Below are positions 1 through 15,160 of a stretch of DNA of 64,000 bases, one piece after another. The position numbers were made by a program, and so were the translations under genes. Where the stretch lies: NCBI RefSeq assembly GCF_009914755.1, contig NC_060933.1; one strand, given 5' to 3'. How positions within the stretch are numbered: position 1 is the first letter of the stretch; each line of letters starts with the position of its first letter. The notes below the pieces were generated by a model, which saw only the letters and a list, made by a program, of their open reading frames with translations, searched no databases and had not been told where the DNA came from. This stretch comes from the human T2T-CHM13v2.0 reference genome, Homo sapiens.

Positions 1-3000
1 TAACGATATGAAAAAACTGAGGCTCAGAGAAGGGAAGTAACTTCCTGATGGTCACTAGTGACTTGTCACATCACTGGGACTAAAACTCACCCATGCGTGA
101 GTTTGTTGGCAGGACGTGGAGGGTGGAGGTAGACAGGAGAATTGGGTGATGGCTCTGACAGGGGATTAAAAAGAAGCAGTCCATAGAAATTATAAGACTT
201 ATGTCTATTTTTGACTAAATCCCCTGAGCTTACAGATTCTATTCCAAACAGGAAGCTACTTCCGAGCCACAGGGGGGGAGAAAAAAAGAAAAAACCAAAA
301 ACAACAGAAAGGAACTGGAGATGCTTATTTTCTTGCCTTGCATCAGCCAAGTGAGTCAATTGCCCTACTTGCTACAAATGCAGAATAACAAGCATGGGTG
401 CAAATGGAGAGATTCCTACTAGTGTTGACTTAAATACACCCCGGACAGCACTCGCAGTGAAGCTCAGCCACTGCCACACATCTCCTTGCCCCTCACCTAG
501 ATTGTACACCCTCGGTTGCCACCATTTTGGACCTCACTACCTTTTTTTTCCTGCCCATAAATAGAAAGAAAGTTCCGAAGATATTCTCAGCTAAAAGCTT
601 CATTGCCACATAGTTAGAAGGACACTTGTAAGCACTTGTGATTGACAGCCAGATGCCCTGAGCTAGCCTGACTTCACATTGTGGGCTTGTGCCTCTTATT
701 TATAGGACAATTTAATACACACTCAGAATAAGTCTTGGTTGCTCAAATTATACCCCCTGCTCCCCACTCCACACATGCATGCACACAAAAATCAGTAGTC
801 AGGGACTATCAAAGTAGCAACTTCTCCTGGGGAGAGCTGCCTATGAGTTTATAGTGACAATTCCAGAACCTTAAAGCTAAATAACACTTAGGCAAGGCCT
901 GGTCCCTGTGACAGATGAGAAACAGAGTCCAGGGACATTAAGTAATCTGCTTGCAGTCACACGAGTAGTACCTGGAAGCCCAGAACCAGAATCTTCCCCT
1001 TGAGGAAGAAGCCTGCACACTTCCCAAAATTTATACTGTTAATCTTCCTCCTAGCCTTCTCCAAACAGGCCTATAACATCTTACCTGGGTGACTGTATAC
1101 TGAGTGAGAAAAGGAAATAATAATGCTTTCCAAAGACTTTTGCACACTGGCTCTAAACTGACATTAATTCCAGGAGATGTAAAATATCACTGTGGTCTAC
1201 CAATCAGAATAAGAGTTTATGGAAGTCAGATGATGAATGGAGTTTTAGCTCAGGTCCATCTCACAGTGGGTCCAGTGGGTACTTCCGGTGGTAGTTCCCC
1301 AGTCCTAGAATGCACATTGGGGATTATATCATAACTGGAATACCCACCAACTGGTAGCATCCCCTCCCTTCCCTCATTCAGTACCCACACTATCTATACC
1401 CCTCTCCAAATAATAGAATAATAGTATTTTATGGTACATTCGCCCCCACTTAAACCAGCTTTCAAGAACACCAAAAAAACATTAACAAGAACAATGACAA
1501 CACACAACAACAAAATATGCACCTAGACAGCGGCTGAAACCTTAAGATAAATCCACTAAACAACAATCTTGATTGACTAGATTTTAAAGGACAATCTTGC
1601 ATAACAAAATATTTCCTCACAACATCTCTGAAGAGTGCATTAGCCTTTGTACTAAAATTATCACAGGCTTGTGGTCAGCAAGATGACTGACTAGAGGTGG
1701 CTAACACTCGTTGCCCAACACAAAAAAGGACCAAAACAATGAACAAACAACTAAATTTTGACTAAAGTGACTAACGGAGAGCACTGAAGTACAGTAAGGG
1801 GGTGGTGAAAACCCTGTGAGGCACAGAAAAGCAGGATGACTCTATAGAGAAGGAAACAAAACATCTTGTCTCTGCTACCTCCTCTCCCCGGTCAGGATTA
1901 GCTCAGAACCAGGTGAGCCCTCTCCCTGAAGGGAAAAGTCTTCATGGGCCCTGAGCCCAGTTTAGGGAACTGCCTGGAGTTTGCACAGCTGTACTACTCC
2001 AGAAAAGAAGCCCACGTTGTATCCCACTCCCGACCCTTTTATTCAACCTGCTACTGCACTGTGACATTTTGAAAGCAAAGCCCTGCTAGAGTGTGTTTTT
2101 CTCTAGTGGCCAGTAGCCACTGCGCTTCTCCATCCCTGAGGCACTGACATCATTGCACTATGATCATACACAGTAGTGCTCCATTCCCCAGCCAAGCTGC
2201 TGCAGTTCCTTACCCATGGGGAACAAGCTGCCTGGGAGGCACTCCATCTCCCCCATTTCATTTGTTGCTGTGCCCTGCTCCTGGCACCTGAGCCCAGGGC
2301 ACTGCCTGGGCTCAGATGTTAGGGTCACAGCCTAGGCTCGGTGGAGCAGGCAGTCTGTCCCAGTGGAGAAGCTATGTCTGGGAAGGTAAGGCAGCTGTGT
2401 CCCCTCATTGCCTAAACCAGCCTGTTGCCCCACCCCCAGGGAAATGAAGCTTTGGCCAGGGAACAGCTGCAATTTGGCACCCTGCCCCTCCACGACCAGG
2501 TACTCTGGCCCAGGAGAGAAGCCACACCCAAGTCAGGAGAGAAGCCTCACTTTCTGGATGCCTGAAGTAACCTGTACCTTGGCCCCAGGAAACTGAAGCT
2601 TTGACACATGGAAGCAGCCATGACCGCATGCCTAAGCCCTGGTGGTGTTCTATCCCTTGGAGACCAGGTGCTCCAGCCCAGCAGAAAAGCCATGCCCAAG
2701 CTGGCAGAGCAGCCTTGCACACTTAGCACCTGAACCAACTAGTCTCAGGTAATTGGAGCTTTGGCCCAGGGAGCAGCCACAACCCTGGTGCTTGAGTCCA
2801 CACAGCACCTGACCCCCAGGGAAGCACAGCCTTGGCTGATCTGTATCACCTTGTCCACTATGTCAAACTGCTACAGTGCCCTACTGCCCTGGATCTGGAC
2901 CAGCCCTCTGAAGTATGCACGACTGAGAGGCCCTACCTCCAATGCGCAGTAAAGCCAATATTGCACTGCTATTTGAACCCTAGAGCCCAAGCCACAGCCA

Positions 3001-4670
3001 CGCCCTGCCATTCCTGGTTCTTGTTTCTACAGCGCCTCAGAGGATTTGGGTAGCTGTTATGTCCCACCATTCCAGGGTCCAGAGTCACCACTAAGCAGTA
3101 CCCTCTCTCCTGATGCCCGAGTTGTCTTTGTGCCCTGCTGGCTCTCCAACCCAAACTGCAATTGTATCCTGCTCCCCAGAACCTGAGCCACTGAAACACC
3201 TCTTCCTTCCGGGAGCCATACCAGTGCAGTGTCCTGACACCCAGGATCAGAGTCACGGTTACATCGCTGCCATCTGGGCCTGAGCTACTGAAGTGCCTTG
3301 GAATCGTAATCCTCTGCTTGGTGGGAGAGCTAAGAAAGTAAAGCTGCACCCATGTCACATGGGCCACAGTATTCAACAAGACACTGATCATAGGACCCCA
3401 GTTCCATTGCCACTCTAAGCACCTGTGTCCTGGAAAACAGTGCCACTATGGCTGCCTGTTACCTATATTATACCCAACTCCGAAAGGAATTCAATTCAGC
3501 TAAGTCTTCACACTGTGGGAAAAATGAGAACAACAGGATCCCTGAAGCCCTTGTTGCCAATAACCTTAACAATCTACCTTGCCACCACCACTGCCACAAA
3601 GTCTTGTAGACTAGGCTATTAAGGTACCCACAGAAATTTCTGACATTGATTACAACTGAAGAAGTTGCATGATGGCTACACCAGTGCGCCCACCCAGAAC
3701 CAGAATTAAGCACCTTACCCAACTGACACCATAGGACACATCTGCAGGGGAATGTCTTTTTCTATGAGAGCTATTCTATAAAATTATAATCGGTGATTGT
3801 CCACTAAATGCACAGATATAAACATAAGGACACAAAGAACATGAAAAAACAAGGAAACATGACACCACCAAAAGAACAAAATAATTATCCAATAACAAAT
3901 CCTCCAAAATGGAAACTGTGAATTGCCTAAAAAGGCATTCAAGACAATGATCTTTAAAAACAAAACTCATTGAGATACAAGGGAATATCGACAGATAATT
4001 CAATAAAATTAATAAAACTTCAAGATCTGGGAGAAATTCAACAAAAAGATATCATTAAAAAGAACCAAAGAGAAATCTTAAAGCTGAATAATTCAATGAA
4101 TGAATTAAAAAACAAAATTAAGAGCTTCAATAGCTGCCTACATCAAGTAAAAGAAAGAAAGTCTGGACTTGAAGGGAAGTGTTTTAAAATAGCCCAGTAA
4201 AGGGGGAATTTAAAAATTGGATAAATTAAAAAGAGTGAATAAAGTATATGGGATTATGGGACACCAGTAAGCAAACAAGTACTTACATGATGAGTGTAAG
4301 AGGAATAATAGATGAAGAAAGGCATAGAAGGCTTATTTAACGATATAATTGTTAAACATTTCCCAAGTCTTGGAAGAGACATGAACATCCAGATTCACAA
4401 AGCTCATAGGTTCCCAAATAGGTCCAACCCAAAGAAGTCCTCCACAAGGCACATTATAATCAAAATATCAAAGACATCATAGAAATGATTTTAAAAGGCC
4501 AGGAAATAATAGGATGATACAGTTAAAGTGCTGAAAGAAAAAATAAAAAAAACTTTCAATCAAGAATATTACACCTAGCACAGAAATGAAGAGGAAATAA
4601 AGTCTTTCCCAGACAAAGAAAAGCTGAGAAGATTCATCGCCACTAGACCAGCCTTAGAAAAAATGTTTAG

Positions 4671-4981
4671 AGCCAGGCATGGTGGCTCACATCTGTAATC
4701 TCAAAGACTGTGGAGGCTGAGAGGGGAGGATCACTTGAGACCAAGAGTTTAAGAGCAGCCTGGCCAACACAGTGAGACCCCATCTCTACAAAAGTTTTAA
4801 AAATAATCATAAAAAAATACAATTAGCCAAGCATGGTGGTATGTGCCTGTCATCCTACCTACTTGGGAGGCTGAGGTGGGAGGATCACTTGAACCCAGGA
4901 GTTTGAGGCTACAGTGAGCTATGATCATGCCACTGCACTTCAGCCAGGACAACAGAGTAAGATCCCCATCTTTAAAAAAAA
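4671..4981 (+). mobile_element. AluJ-like SINE inserted in the L1 near the end of ORF1
   Basis: Dimeric Alu with J-type diagnostics (GGAGGATCACTTGA, GCTATGATCATGCC); L1 sequence resumes after the A tail. Confidence 0.9.
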
Positions 4982-7900
4982 TGGGAAGTACTTCAACTAA
5001 AAGTAAAAGGATGACAATTACTACCAAGAAAATATATGAAAGCATAAAAATCACTGGTAGAGGTAAATTCATAATTAAATTCAGACTATCCCATGACTAT
5101 AATAGTGATATATAAATCTATCAAATCTCTAGTATGAAAGTTAAAAGTTAAAATGACCAAAAATGACTGTAGCCACAGTAAGTTCTTAAGGAATGCACAG
5201 TATAAAACATATAAATTGTGGCAACAAAAATATAAATAGTTGGGGGGAGGGTAAAGGTAAAAGGTATATGCAACCAAATTTAAGTTATCAGCTTAAAATG
5301 GTCTATTATAACTACAAAATATCTTATGTAAGCCTCACAGTAACTACAAAGAAAAAAAATATTACAGAGATACACAAATGAGAAAAAGAAAGAAACCAAA
5401 GATCAGCACTACAGAAAATCACCAAACCACAAAGGTAAACAAGGAAGAAAGGAAAAAAAGGATCTATTAAACCACCAGGAAACAATTACCCAATATCAGT
5501 AGTAAATTCTTCCGTATCAATAATGACATTGACTGTAAATATCCAATCAAAAGACATAGAGTGTCTGAGTAGATTGACAAAAGAAAAGACTCAACTATAG
5601 GCTACCTATAAGAGACCCATTTTAGCTTAAAGGACACACAGCTGAAAGTGAAGGGATGTAAGAAGACATTTCTTGCAAATAGTAGTCAAAAGAGAACAGG
5701 GGTTGCTATGCTTACATTAGATAAAATAGACTTCAAGTCAAAAATTATTTCAAGAGAGAAAGACGGTCATTGTATAACAATAAAAGCATCAGTTCATCAA
5801 GAGGACATAGCAAATATAAATATACATATGCACCCAACATTGGAGCACTTAAATATATAAAGTAAATATTAATGAACCTGAAGGAATAAATAAATATCTA
5901 TACAATAACAGTAGAGGACTTTAACACCCTGTTTTCAACAATGAATAGATCAAGCAGACAGAAAAATAACCAAAATATACTGAACATGAACTGCACTTTA
6001 GACCAAATGGACCTAACAGACATATATAAAACATTTCATTCAACATCAGCAGACTATACATTCATTTCTAGAGCACATGGTACATTCTCCAGGACAGATC
6101 ACATGTTAGGCCTCAAAACAAGTTTTAGTAAATTCAATAATATTACAATTATATCTAGTATTATTTCCAACCACAATGGTATGAAACTAGAAATCAGTAA
6201 CAAGAGAAATCTTGAAATATTCACAAGTATGTGGAAATAAAAGAACATGCTCCTTAACAACCAATAGGTCAAAGAAGAAATCAAAAGGGAAACTGAAAAA
6301 TATCTTGATACAAATAACAGTAGAAACATGACATATGAAAACCTATAGGATGCATCAAAAGAAGTTATCAGAGGGAGGCTTACAGCAATAAATAATAAAC
6401 AAGAAGAAAGATCCCAAATAAATTAAGGAGTTAGTAAAAGAAGAGGAAACTAAACTGTAATTTAGCAGAAGGAAGGAAATAATGACGATCAGAACAGAAA
6501 TAAATCAAATACAGAACACAAAAGTCATGGAAAAAAAATCAATAAACCCAAGAGTTGGTTCATTGACAAACTAAGCAAAATCAACAAACCCCTAGCTAGA
6601 CTAAAAAAAAAAAAATAAGGAAACTCAAATAAATAAAATCAGAAATGAAAGTGGAGACACTACAACAGATGTCTCAGAAATAAAAAGGATCATAAGGGAC
6701 TATTATGAACAATTATATGCCAACAAATTGGATAACCTGGAGGAAATGGATAAATTCCTGGAAAATGCAACCTATGAAGTTTGAATCAGGAAGAAAAAGA
6801 AAACCTGAACAGACCACTAACAAAGACATTGAAGTGAAGTAATATTTAAAAACCTTCCACTAAGGAAAAGCCCAGGACCAGATGGCTTCATGGCTCAATT
6901 CTACCAAATATTCAAAAAATAATTGTTACCAATACTTCTTAAATTCTTCCAAAAAATAGAGCTAGAGGGAATACTTCCAAACACATGTTATGAGGCAGCA
7001 TCACCTTGATATCTAAGCCAGACAAAGACACTGCAAAAAAAGAAAACTACAGGCCAATGTCTTTAATGAACATTGATGCAAAAATCCTCAATAAAATATT
7101 AGCAAGCTGAATTTAACAACACATCTAAACCAAGTGGAATTGATCCCAGGAACGCAAGGCTGGTTTAATATATACAAATCAATAAGTGTCATGTATCACA
7201 TTAACAGAATAAAAGATTAAAATCATAAGATCACCTCAATTGATACAGAAAAAAGTACTTGACAAAGTTAAACATTTTTTCTTGTTAAAACTCATAAATT
7301 TAGCTATAGAATAAAAGTTTGTCAATATAATAAAGGGTATTTATGAAAAACCCACAGCTAACATCATAATCAACAGGAAACAACTGAAAGCTTTTCCACT
7401 AATATTCAATTCCAGGCAAGAATGTCCACTCTTACCACTTCTATTCAATACAGTACTGGAAGTACTAGCAAGAGTAGCCAGACAAGAAAAAGAAATAAAA
7501 AAGCATCCAAATCAGAAAGGAAGAAGTAGAATAAACTCTATTTGCAAGTGTCATAATTCTAATATGCAGAAAACCCCAAAGATCCCCCCACAAAAAACTA
7601 TTAGAATAAATGCATTAAATAAAGTTGAATTATACAAAATTAAGATACAAGAATGAGTAGCACTTCTACACACAAATAACTTAGTTGAAAAAGAAATTTT
7701 AAAAAGAATCTCATTTACAAAAAAAATACTTAGGAATAAATTTGACCAAGGAAGTTAAAGACTTGTGCACTGAAAACTACAAAACATTAAAGAAATTAAA
7801 GAAGACACAAATAAATGAAAAGATATTCTGTGTTCATGGATGGGGAAAATTAATATTATCAACATATTCACACTATTCAAAGCAATATAATGATTTAACA

Positions 7901-9077
7901 ATCCGTATAAAAATGTCGATGTCAATCTTCACAGAAATAGAAAAAGTAATCTCAAGAAAACCAAAACTCACATAGCCAAAGCAATACTGAGAAAGAAGAA
8001 CAAAGTAAGGAGGCATCGTGCTTCCTGATTTAAAATTATACTACAAAATTACAGTGATCAAAACAATATAGAACTGGCATAAAAAAACAGAAACATAGAC
8101 CAATGGAACACAATTGAGAGCCCAGAAATAAATCCAATCATAAATGGTGAACTAATTTTCAACAAGGGCACCAAGAGGATACTATGGGAAAAGGATAATC
8201 TCTTCAATAAATGGTGCTAGGAAAACTAGATTTCCCCATGCAGACTAATGACATTGAACCCTTATCTTACATCATACACAAAAATCAATTCAAAATGGAT
8301 AAAAGGCCTCATTGGAAGATCTGAAACCCAAAAAACTCCTAGAAGAGAACATAAGTAGAAAGCTCCTCAACGTTGGCCTTAGCAATGAATTTTTTGATAT
8401 CATACCAAAAGCTCAGGCTACAAAAACAAATATAAATGAGCCTATAGTAAACTAAAAAGCTTCTTCACAGCAAAGGAAATATTTAACAAACTGAAAAGGC
8501 AACCTACAGACTGAGAAAAAGTATTTGCAAACCACATACAAGAGATTAATAATCAAAATTTACAAAGAACTCTTACAACTCAATAGCAGAAAAACAAACA
8601 ACCCAATTTAAAAAATGAACAAAGGACCTGAACAGACATTTCTCCACAGAAGACATAAAAATGGCTAACAGGAATATGAAAAGGTACTCAACAGCACTAA
8701 TCATCAGAGAAGTGCAAATTGAAACCACTATACAATATTGCCCTGCTCCCATAAGGATGGCTATTATAAAAAAGACAAGAGATAGCAAATGTTGGTGAGG
8801 GTGTGAAGAAAAGGAAACCTTTCTATACAGTTGGTAGGAATGTAGATTGGTACAGCCATTATAGAAAACAATATAGAGGTTCCTAAAGAAATTAAAAATA
8901 GAACTACCATACAACACAGAAATCCCTCTTCTGGGTATATTCCCAAAGGAGATGAAATCAGCACAGATAAAGATATCTGCACTCCCATATTAACTGCAAT
9001 ATTATTCACAATAGCCAAGATAAGGGAAGAAACTAAATACCTATCAACAAATAAATGTATAAAGAAAATGTGGTACA

Positions 9078-9400
9078 CAGTTGTTTCTCAGTATCTACTG
9101 GGAACTGGCTCCTCAACCCCCCAAAAATACCAAAATCTGATGATGTTCAAGTTTCTTTTTATGGCATAGTATTTGCATAACCTACACACATAACCTACCC
9201 ATGTCTTACTGTATACTTTAAAACATTTATAGAGTACCTATATTACCTAATGCAATGTAAATACTATGACATGGTTATAATGCTATATTTTTAAAATCTG
9301 TATTATTTTTATTATTGCATTGTTATTTTATTAAAATTTTTTTTATCGATAGTTGGTTGAATTCATGGATGTGGAACCCACAGATATGGAAGGCTGACCA
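9078..9400 (+). mobile_element. MER2 (TcMar-Tigger MITE) nested in the L1 3' region
   Basis: CAGTTGTTTCTCAGTATC... start, ATACCAAAATC..., GGAACCCACAGATATGGAAGGCTGAC end, followed by TA. Confidence 0.85.
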
Positions 9401-9949
9401 TATGTATATGATATAATATTATTCAGCTTCAAAAGTGTGATATCCTACTGTTTGTTACAACATAGATAGATCTACAAAACATTATTGTAAGTGAAATAAT
9501 CCAGACACGGAAATACAAATATTGCATGATTTCACTTAAATGCAGAAGGAAAAGAAAAAAAGAGCTCAAATACACAGAGACAGAGAAATAGATAATGGAA
9601 ATAGTGGTTACTCTGCTTGTAGGGAGAGAGGAAATGGAGAAATGTAGGTCAAAGGATACAAAATAACAAATAAGTAGGATGAACACATTTACAGAATTAA
9701 TACAGCATTGGGGATTGCTGTTAAATAGGTAGATTTTAGCTGCTCTTGTAACAGGAAAGTAACTAGGTGAGATGATAGCTATGTTAATCTGCTTCACTAT
9801 AGTAACCATTTTGCTGTCCATATGTATCTCATAACAGCATGTTGTAAACCTCAAATACACACAATACAATTTGTTTTCAAAAAATAAAGTGCTTGCAAAA
9901 AAATTAATGTTTTACACTGGAAAAATGAACAAATGAAAAACCTACTCTA

Positions 9950-10476
9950 TGTATCCAGTGGCCACAAATCCTTTGCTATTTCTCCCGTAAAGACAACAGG
10001 TCTATGTACTCTCCCCTTGAATCTGGGAAGATCCTACAGTGGCTTTGACCAATGTAGTAAGCCAGAAGTGATTCACATAGTTTATAGGTGTGGGCCTGAA
10101 GAGACTGGCAGCTTTCACCTCCTATCCCTTGGAAAATTCCCTTTTGTACCTCTGAGATCCATTCTAAGCAGTCTGGCCACTCTGCTGTAGGACTACACGG
10201 AGAGACCTTGGAAAGGAAGAACTGCCCAGCTGAGGCCAGCCTTCTGGCCATCTCTGCTTCAGACATGTGAGGGAAGCCTTCTGGGGACTTCCAAGCCAGC
10301 TTTGCTCCCAGCTAAATACCAATGAGTGATTGCAATCAACTCCACATAGAACACAATTGCCCAGCAACTTCCAGCATGAATTACTGATCCACAAATCAGG
10401 AACATAATATAATAATTGGTATTTTAAGCCCCTAAATTTGGGTCAATTTGTTATACAGCAATATATATTCAGAACA
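9950..10476 (+). mobile_element. MaLR solo LTR (MLT1G/H-like)
   Basis: GGCCACAAATCCTTTG...CCCCTTGAATCTGGG start; TTTGGGGTCAATTTGTTATACAGCAATA...AACA end. Confidence 0.7.
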
Positions 10477-10547
10477 GTATATGTTATGAGCTCCAAAGAG
10501 AACTCAGGTTATCTCTTTTTCATTCTATTATTCCCGAACTATGCTAC

Positions 10548-11142
10548 TGTACTAGGGAGCATTCTAAAAATGCCTTCTTCCTCCCCAAGGTTCCAGGCTC
10601 TAATTCCCAGGACCTGTAACGGTGATGAGATAGCACTCTGGTGACTGTGTTCTTTTACATAACACAGTTGACCTACAGAGGAAGATTATCTTAGTGGACC
10701 TAATCCAATCAGATGTGTCCCTTTAGAAGCAGAGAGTTTTCTCTCGCTTTGGCAGAACTTGGAGAAGTCTGAAGTGTGAGAAGGACTCCATGCATCTTTA
10801 TTCTTTTGAAGATGAAGAGGACCTTGTGCAAGGCCTGGAGAAGGGCCCCTAGCCATTCACATAGAATCCCTAGCAACAAACAGCAAGGAAACAGTAACCT
10901 CAGTCCTACAACCACAAGAAACTGAATTCTGCCAACACCTTGAAGGAGCTTGGACTTGGATTCTTCCCCAGAACCCACTGGTAAGAGCCTGGTCTGTCCA
11001 ACACATTGATTTCAGCCTGTGAAGCATAAAGTGAAGACCCAGCTATACCATACCTAAACTCCTGACCCCTGGAAACTATAACATAATAAATCTACATGAA
11101 GTCTCTTAATTTATGGTAATTTGCTACATAATAAAAATTAAC
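10548..11142 (+). mobile_element. MaLR solo LTR (MLT1E-like)
   Basis: GATTATC...CCTAATCCAATC, CAGTCCTACAACCACAAGAAACTGAATTCTGCCAACA, TAATTTGCTACA terminus. Confidence 0.75.
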
Positions 11143-11349
11143 ATAGTTATTCTGGACAAAACACTCTGTTTCATTTTACTCCTTAAGAAAATGATAAGAA
11201 TAGACTGGACAATCTTTTAAGTTTCTTTCAGGTACAAAATTTTATGATTTCATAATATTAGGTCATTTAGCCTTCCTGAGCCTCAGGTTTCTAAAGTAAA
11301 TCATGGATGCCAAACCAATTCTGGGCCAGTTTTATCTTCTAGGTAGTCT

Positions 11350-11490
11350 ATCTTCTAGATCTTGAGCTGTCTGTGAACAGGGGCACTCATTGTCTTGCTC
11401 ACCCCCCTACCACTTGTATCCCGCCTGGCACTTAGTGAGTATTCACTAAATATTTGTTGAATGAATAAATGAATGAATGAATAAATGAAG
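11350..11490 (+). mobile_element. L2 3' end fragment
   Basis: CCTGGCAC...TAAATATTTGTTGAATGAATAAATGAATG tail. Confidence 0.7.
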
Positions 11491-12344
11491 ATTCAGTATA
11501 AATATTAATGTAAATATTATTTGACAAGAAAAGAGGCCTATGCCTATGTAGGATGGCAACAGGATAATGAGTATTACTTTATAATCTTGGGCAAGTCATT
11601 CATTTCTGTCAGTCTCAGTTTTCTCCTTTGTAAACGGGGAGGCCGACTGATCCTCACTCTAACTCATCCACTGGTTATTCCGATCACATAACATCATCAG
11701 TGTGAAAGCCCTTTGCAAACTTTAAAGTAATCTATACATAAGGTATTTGTCTTGGTAATAGTTTACTTTTTAAGGTTAGGAATGTCCCTAAGCCACATGG
11801 GGTAAATTTATTTCCTAATTATACCAGAAATGGAGCACCTTCCTGCTGTTACTTCTGCAGCTGCTGGTTAGCAGTCGTGCCACCTCTCAGCAGGGGTGGT
11901 ACCTGCAGGGAGACAAAGCCATTAGCATCTGCTTAAGCAGAAGGTGTTAGAAACTCAACTCAAAGAAGACTTACTGAAAGATGACGATCTCTACTGACAA
12001 GAAGGGAATATGACAACCTGTGGTATCACACCAAATAATCTGTGTCATAGCTTCTTAATCTGGTGTAAACCACTTTTTTTTCCAAAGCTGTGTTTTGAGG
12101 AGCCCAATCTCTTGAAAAACTTCAAAAAGAAAGATTTTATGGCCAAATAAATTTGAAACATATGAAAACTTGACCTCTTCTTTATTTAGCATTTTTTTGT
12201 AATTCAACATTTTCTAAACTTATTCAAACAGATACCACTTCCTTATTTTCCTCCTTTTCAAAGTCCTATAGGATTCACTTAGGGGAACTCATTTTTGCTT
12301 AGTTTCTACCAAGTGCATAGAAAGAGATGTGACCATATTTAAGG

Positions 12345-12530
12345 CAGTGAAGACAGACTTAATCCAAGTCTGGTATGGCGCTTAGACCAGTGGCATCAGT
12401 ATCACCTGGGACTTAGGACCCACCTCAGTTCTACTGAATCAAAAACCCTGGACACAAGGCCCAGTAATCTATGTTCAGAAAGTACTCCAGGTGACGGTGA
12501 TGCCAATCCCAGTTTGGGAAGCAGTGCTTT
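12345..12530. mobile_element. MER5A-like hAT-Charlie MITE
   Basis: GCATCAGTATCACCTGGGA, CTACTGAATCA, CCAGGTGA...AGTTTGGGAAGCAGTG motifs. Confidence 0.65.
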
Positions 12531-13774
12531 AATCCACAGATCATATCAGCACAGAGAAGAAATACTGAATCCTCTTACACCCAAAAGAGAGATCCCATCG
12601 ATTCTCCAATTCATCTTTCTAATAGCTATCAGAGAACATTTACTAAACCACAGCATCCCTTCTATTATTTTTCCCTCTGGCTTCATATCACCTTAATGAT
12701 AAGATGCAAACTCCACCACTAGATATTTAATCCCTCCATAATTTCCCAACATAAAGGTCTAACCTTATTCAATAACAATAAGGACAATTGCACTAAGTGC
12801 TAATATTTATTGACCACTTACTACATGCTAGGAACAGTGAATATGTGTCTTGGGTGATCCTCTCAATAAACCTGTGGAGGAGATATTATCCTTATTTTAC
12901 AGATGAGGACACTCAGGGCAGAGGACACTCAGCACATTGCTTGCCAATATTTAACCTCAGTCCTCTGGTTCCAAAGCCCAGGTATTTAATTCTGACTTAC
13001 ATCCTGTTTCTGATTTCTGATTTGACATTTCTGGATAAAATTAATCCCACACTCTATTCTTCATAGGTACGTATTGCTTTCTTGAATGGAAAATCATTCT
13101 TTTCACTGCAAGTACAAAGCATAATCATCCCTCAGCTCCCATGTGAAATGTCCCCTCACTTCAGTGCAGCAAAGGCTATGTCGTGATATTCCAGGCACTT
13201 TACCCGTCACTGAGGAAACATTGGTTAGCAAGGAAAACAAGTTATCTGCCTTCACTGAATTTGTGGTCAAGTAGGGGAAGTCTGGGTTTAAACGCAGCAT
13301 TGCAAATATGGCAAGTGCTAGAAAAAAATGAAACAGAAGATGCAGTAAAGGCATTTAATAGGATGGTGCAACTTGGTTCACTGAGTCAGACCAAATATTC
13401 CTAAGAAATCAGGGATGAATCTGAAAATTAAAGGATGAATAAAGTAATCCGGACAGAGGAAAGTATTTTTTCCAGTCTCCCCAGCAGGAATGCATTTCTC
13501 TCACTCTCTTCTCTTGCAGCATTTCCCTTTGCTACTCAAACTCTGTCTATAATATAGGAAGCATAGTAGAACCTTTTTGATAGGGTTGTCATAAGGATTA
13601 CACACATTAATATATGTAAAGCATCAACAACTCTGTCTGGTACATAATAAATGGTCAATGTATGACAGGTATTATTATCATCATTTTTTTCTTACTATAA
13701 TAGGTGACCTTGAGCAAGTTGTTCCACTAAGAGTTGCAAGTTACTAGGAATCACAGCTTCTCTGTCAAGTGGGA

Positions 13775-14495
13775 CAAGTTCTCATAATTGACCTCCATGA
13801 AGTAACTTTGGGAAAATGACTCTTCCTCCCATCAGATAAATGTGGTGTGTGAAGCTGATGGAGCACTGAACACTCTTGTCTGGTGGGTTACATTTCCACA
13901 TGTTTCTATTTCCACCAAGTAACAAGCATACGAGCTGAAAGTCAGTTTCGTTTATTCCCAAACCTGTTTATGCCCGTTGCATTTGCTATTATTATATCTT
14001 CTAATATAGCTAAAAAGTTATGAAATAACTAAATTAAAACTAAAATAAATCAATGAAATGTGAATTGCTTTTTTCTGTGGAAACTAATTTGAATTCAGTG
14101 GGAAAATTCTATAAAGACAAGTTATTGACAAAAATGACTATCGATTTAAATAAAGGGGAAGTAACAAAAAAATCTGCAAACATTTGTTTTTTAAGAGTCT
14201 AAGCTGTTGCTCCACTTTGAATAAACCGAGGTTTGAAATGTTACGCAATTATGGTATGGTTTATGCAGGAACACCAGTAGAATGTTAAATAGAATATACC
14301 ACTACCCTCAAAAAAGATTTTGGCTTTACTTCAAGAGGCTGGCCAAGAAATGTGCATTTATATGTTTTTAAGTTAAAATAAAATGGTTCATATATGTATA
14401 GCATGTATACATTTTAGGATTTCCTAGTTTAACTTCACGTTTTCAATTACCCAACAAACTATTGGTTCCAATTTCGTCCAACAAAGAGCCCCATG
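13775..14495. mobile_element. Old Tigger-like DNA transposon remnant
   Basis: Degenerate termini and internal TGGTTTATGCA motif resemble ancient Tigger elements; highly diverged. Confidence 0.4.
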
Positions 14496-14863
14496 CTTTG
14501 CCATTTTGCTATGTGTTAACCCTGGCATCTGTGTTCTATTATTGGCTTTCCAAGGCTGGCTACTATTTTTCTCTCCATCACGCCATGCAGAAAATTGAAG
14601 CCTGAATGCCTTAATACTATGCCAAGTACTATCAATAGTAAATGACAGTCACACACTTTGGTCTGTCAGACTAGAGAGTCTGAAGTCCTAAGGTTCTTAA
14701 GTTCTTTTTTTCTTTATTATATGATTACATTCTGTTTGATAGGCTCGTGCTTTATTTTACCCAACAGAAACATCCACTTCTTGGAAATAGAAAGTGTTGT
14801 CATCAATTATTTATGTCATCAAATATCTAGGGTCTACTACTGCTGTGCTCTTGAAAATATTAA

Positions 14864-15160
<297 letters not shown>

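Larger units (their letters stand above)
1672..9887 (+). mobile_element. Near full-length decayed LINE-1 (L1MA7/8-like 3' end), antisense to BRINP1
   Basis: 5' end CAAGATGACTGACTAGA. GC-rich 5'UTR to ~3.8 kb. ORF1 remnants (ORF 3970..4200). ORF2 endonuclease/RT remnants (ORFs 5648, 5941, 7742) with many stops and frameshifts. L1MA-type 3'UTR ending in AATAAA at ~9883. Confidence 0.9.

Noticed and set aside
3970-9078. L1 ORF1/ORF2 fragments as functional genes
   Set aside because: Numerous stops, frameshifts, internal deletions and nested Alu/MER2 insertions; the element is dead.
1650-9910. Target-site duplication for the long L1
   Set aside because: No convincing matching flanks could be read; the element is too old.
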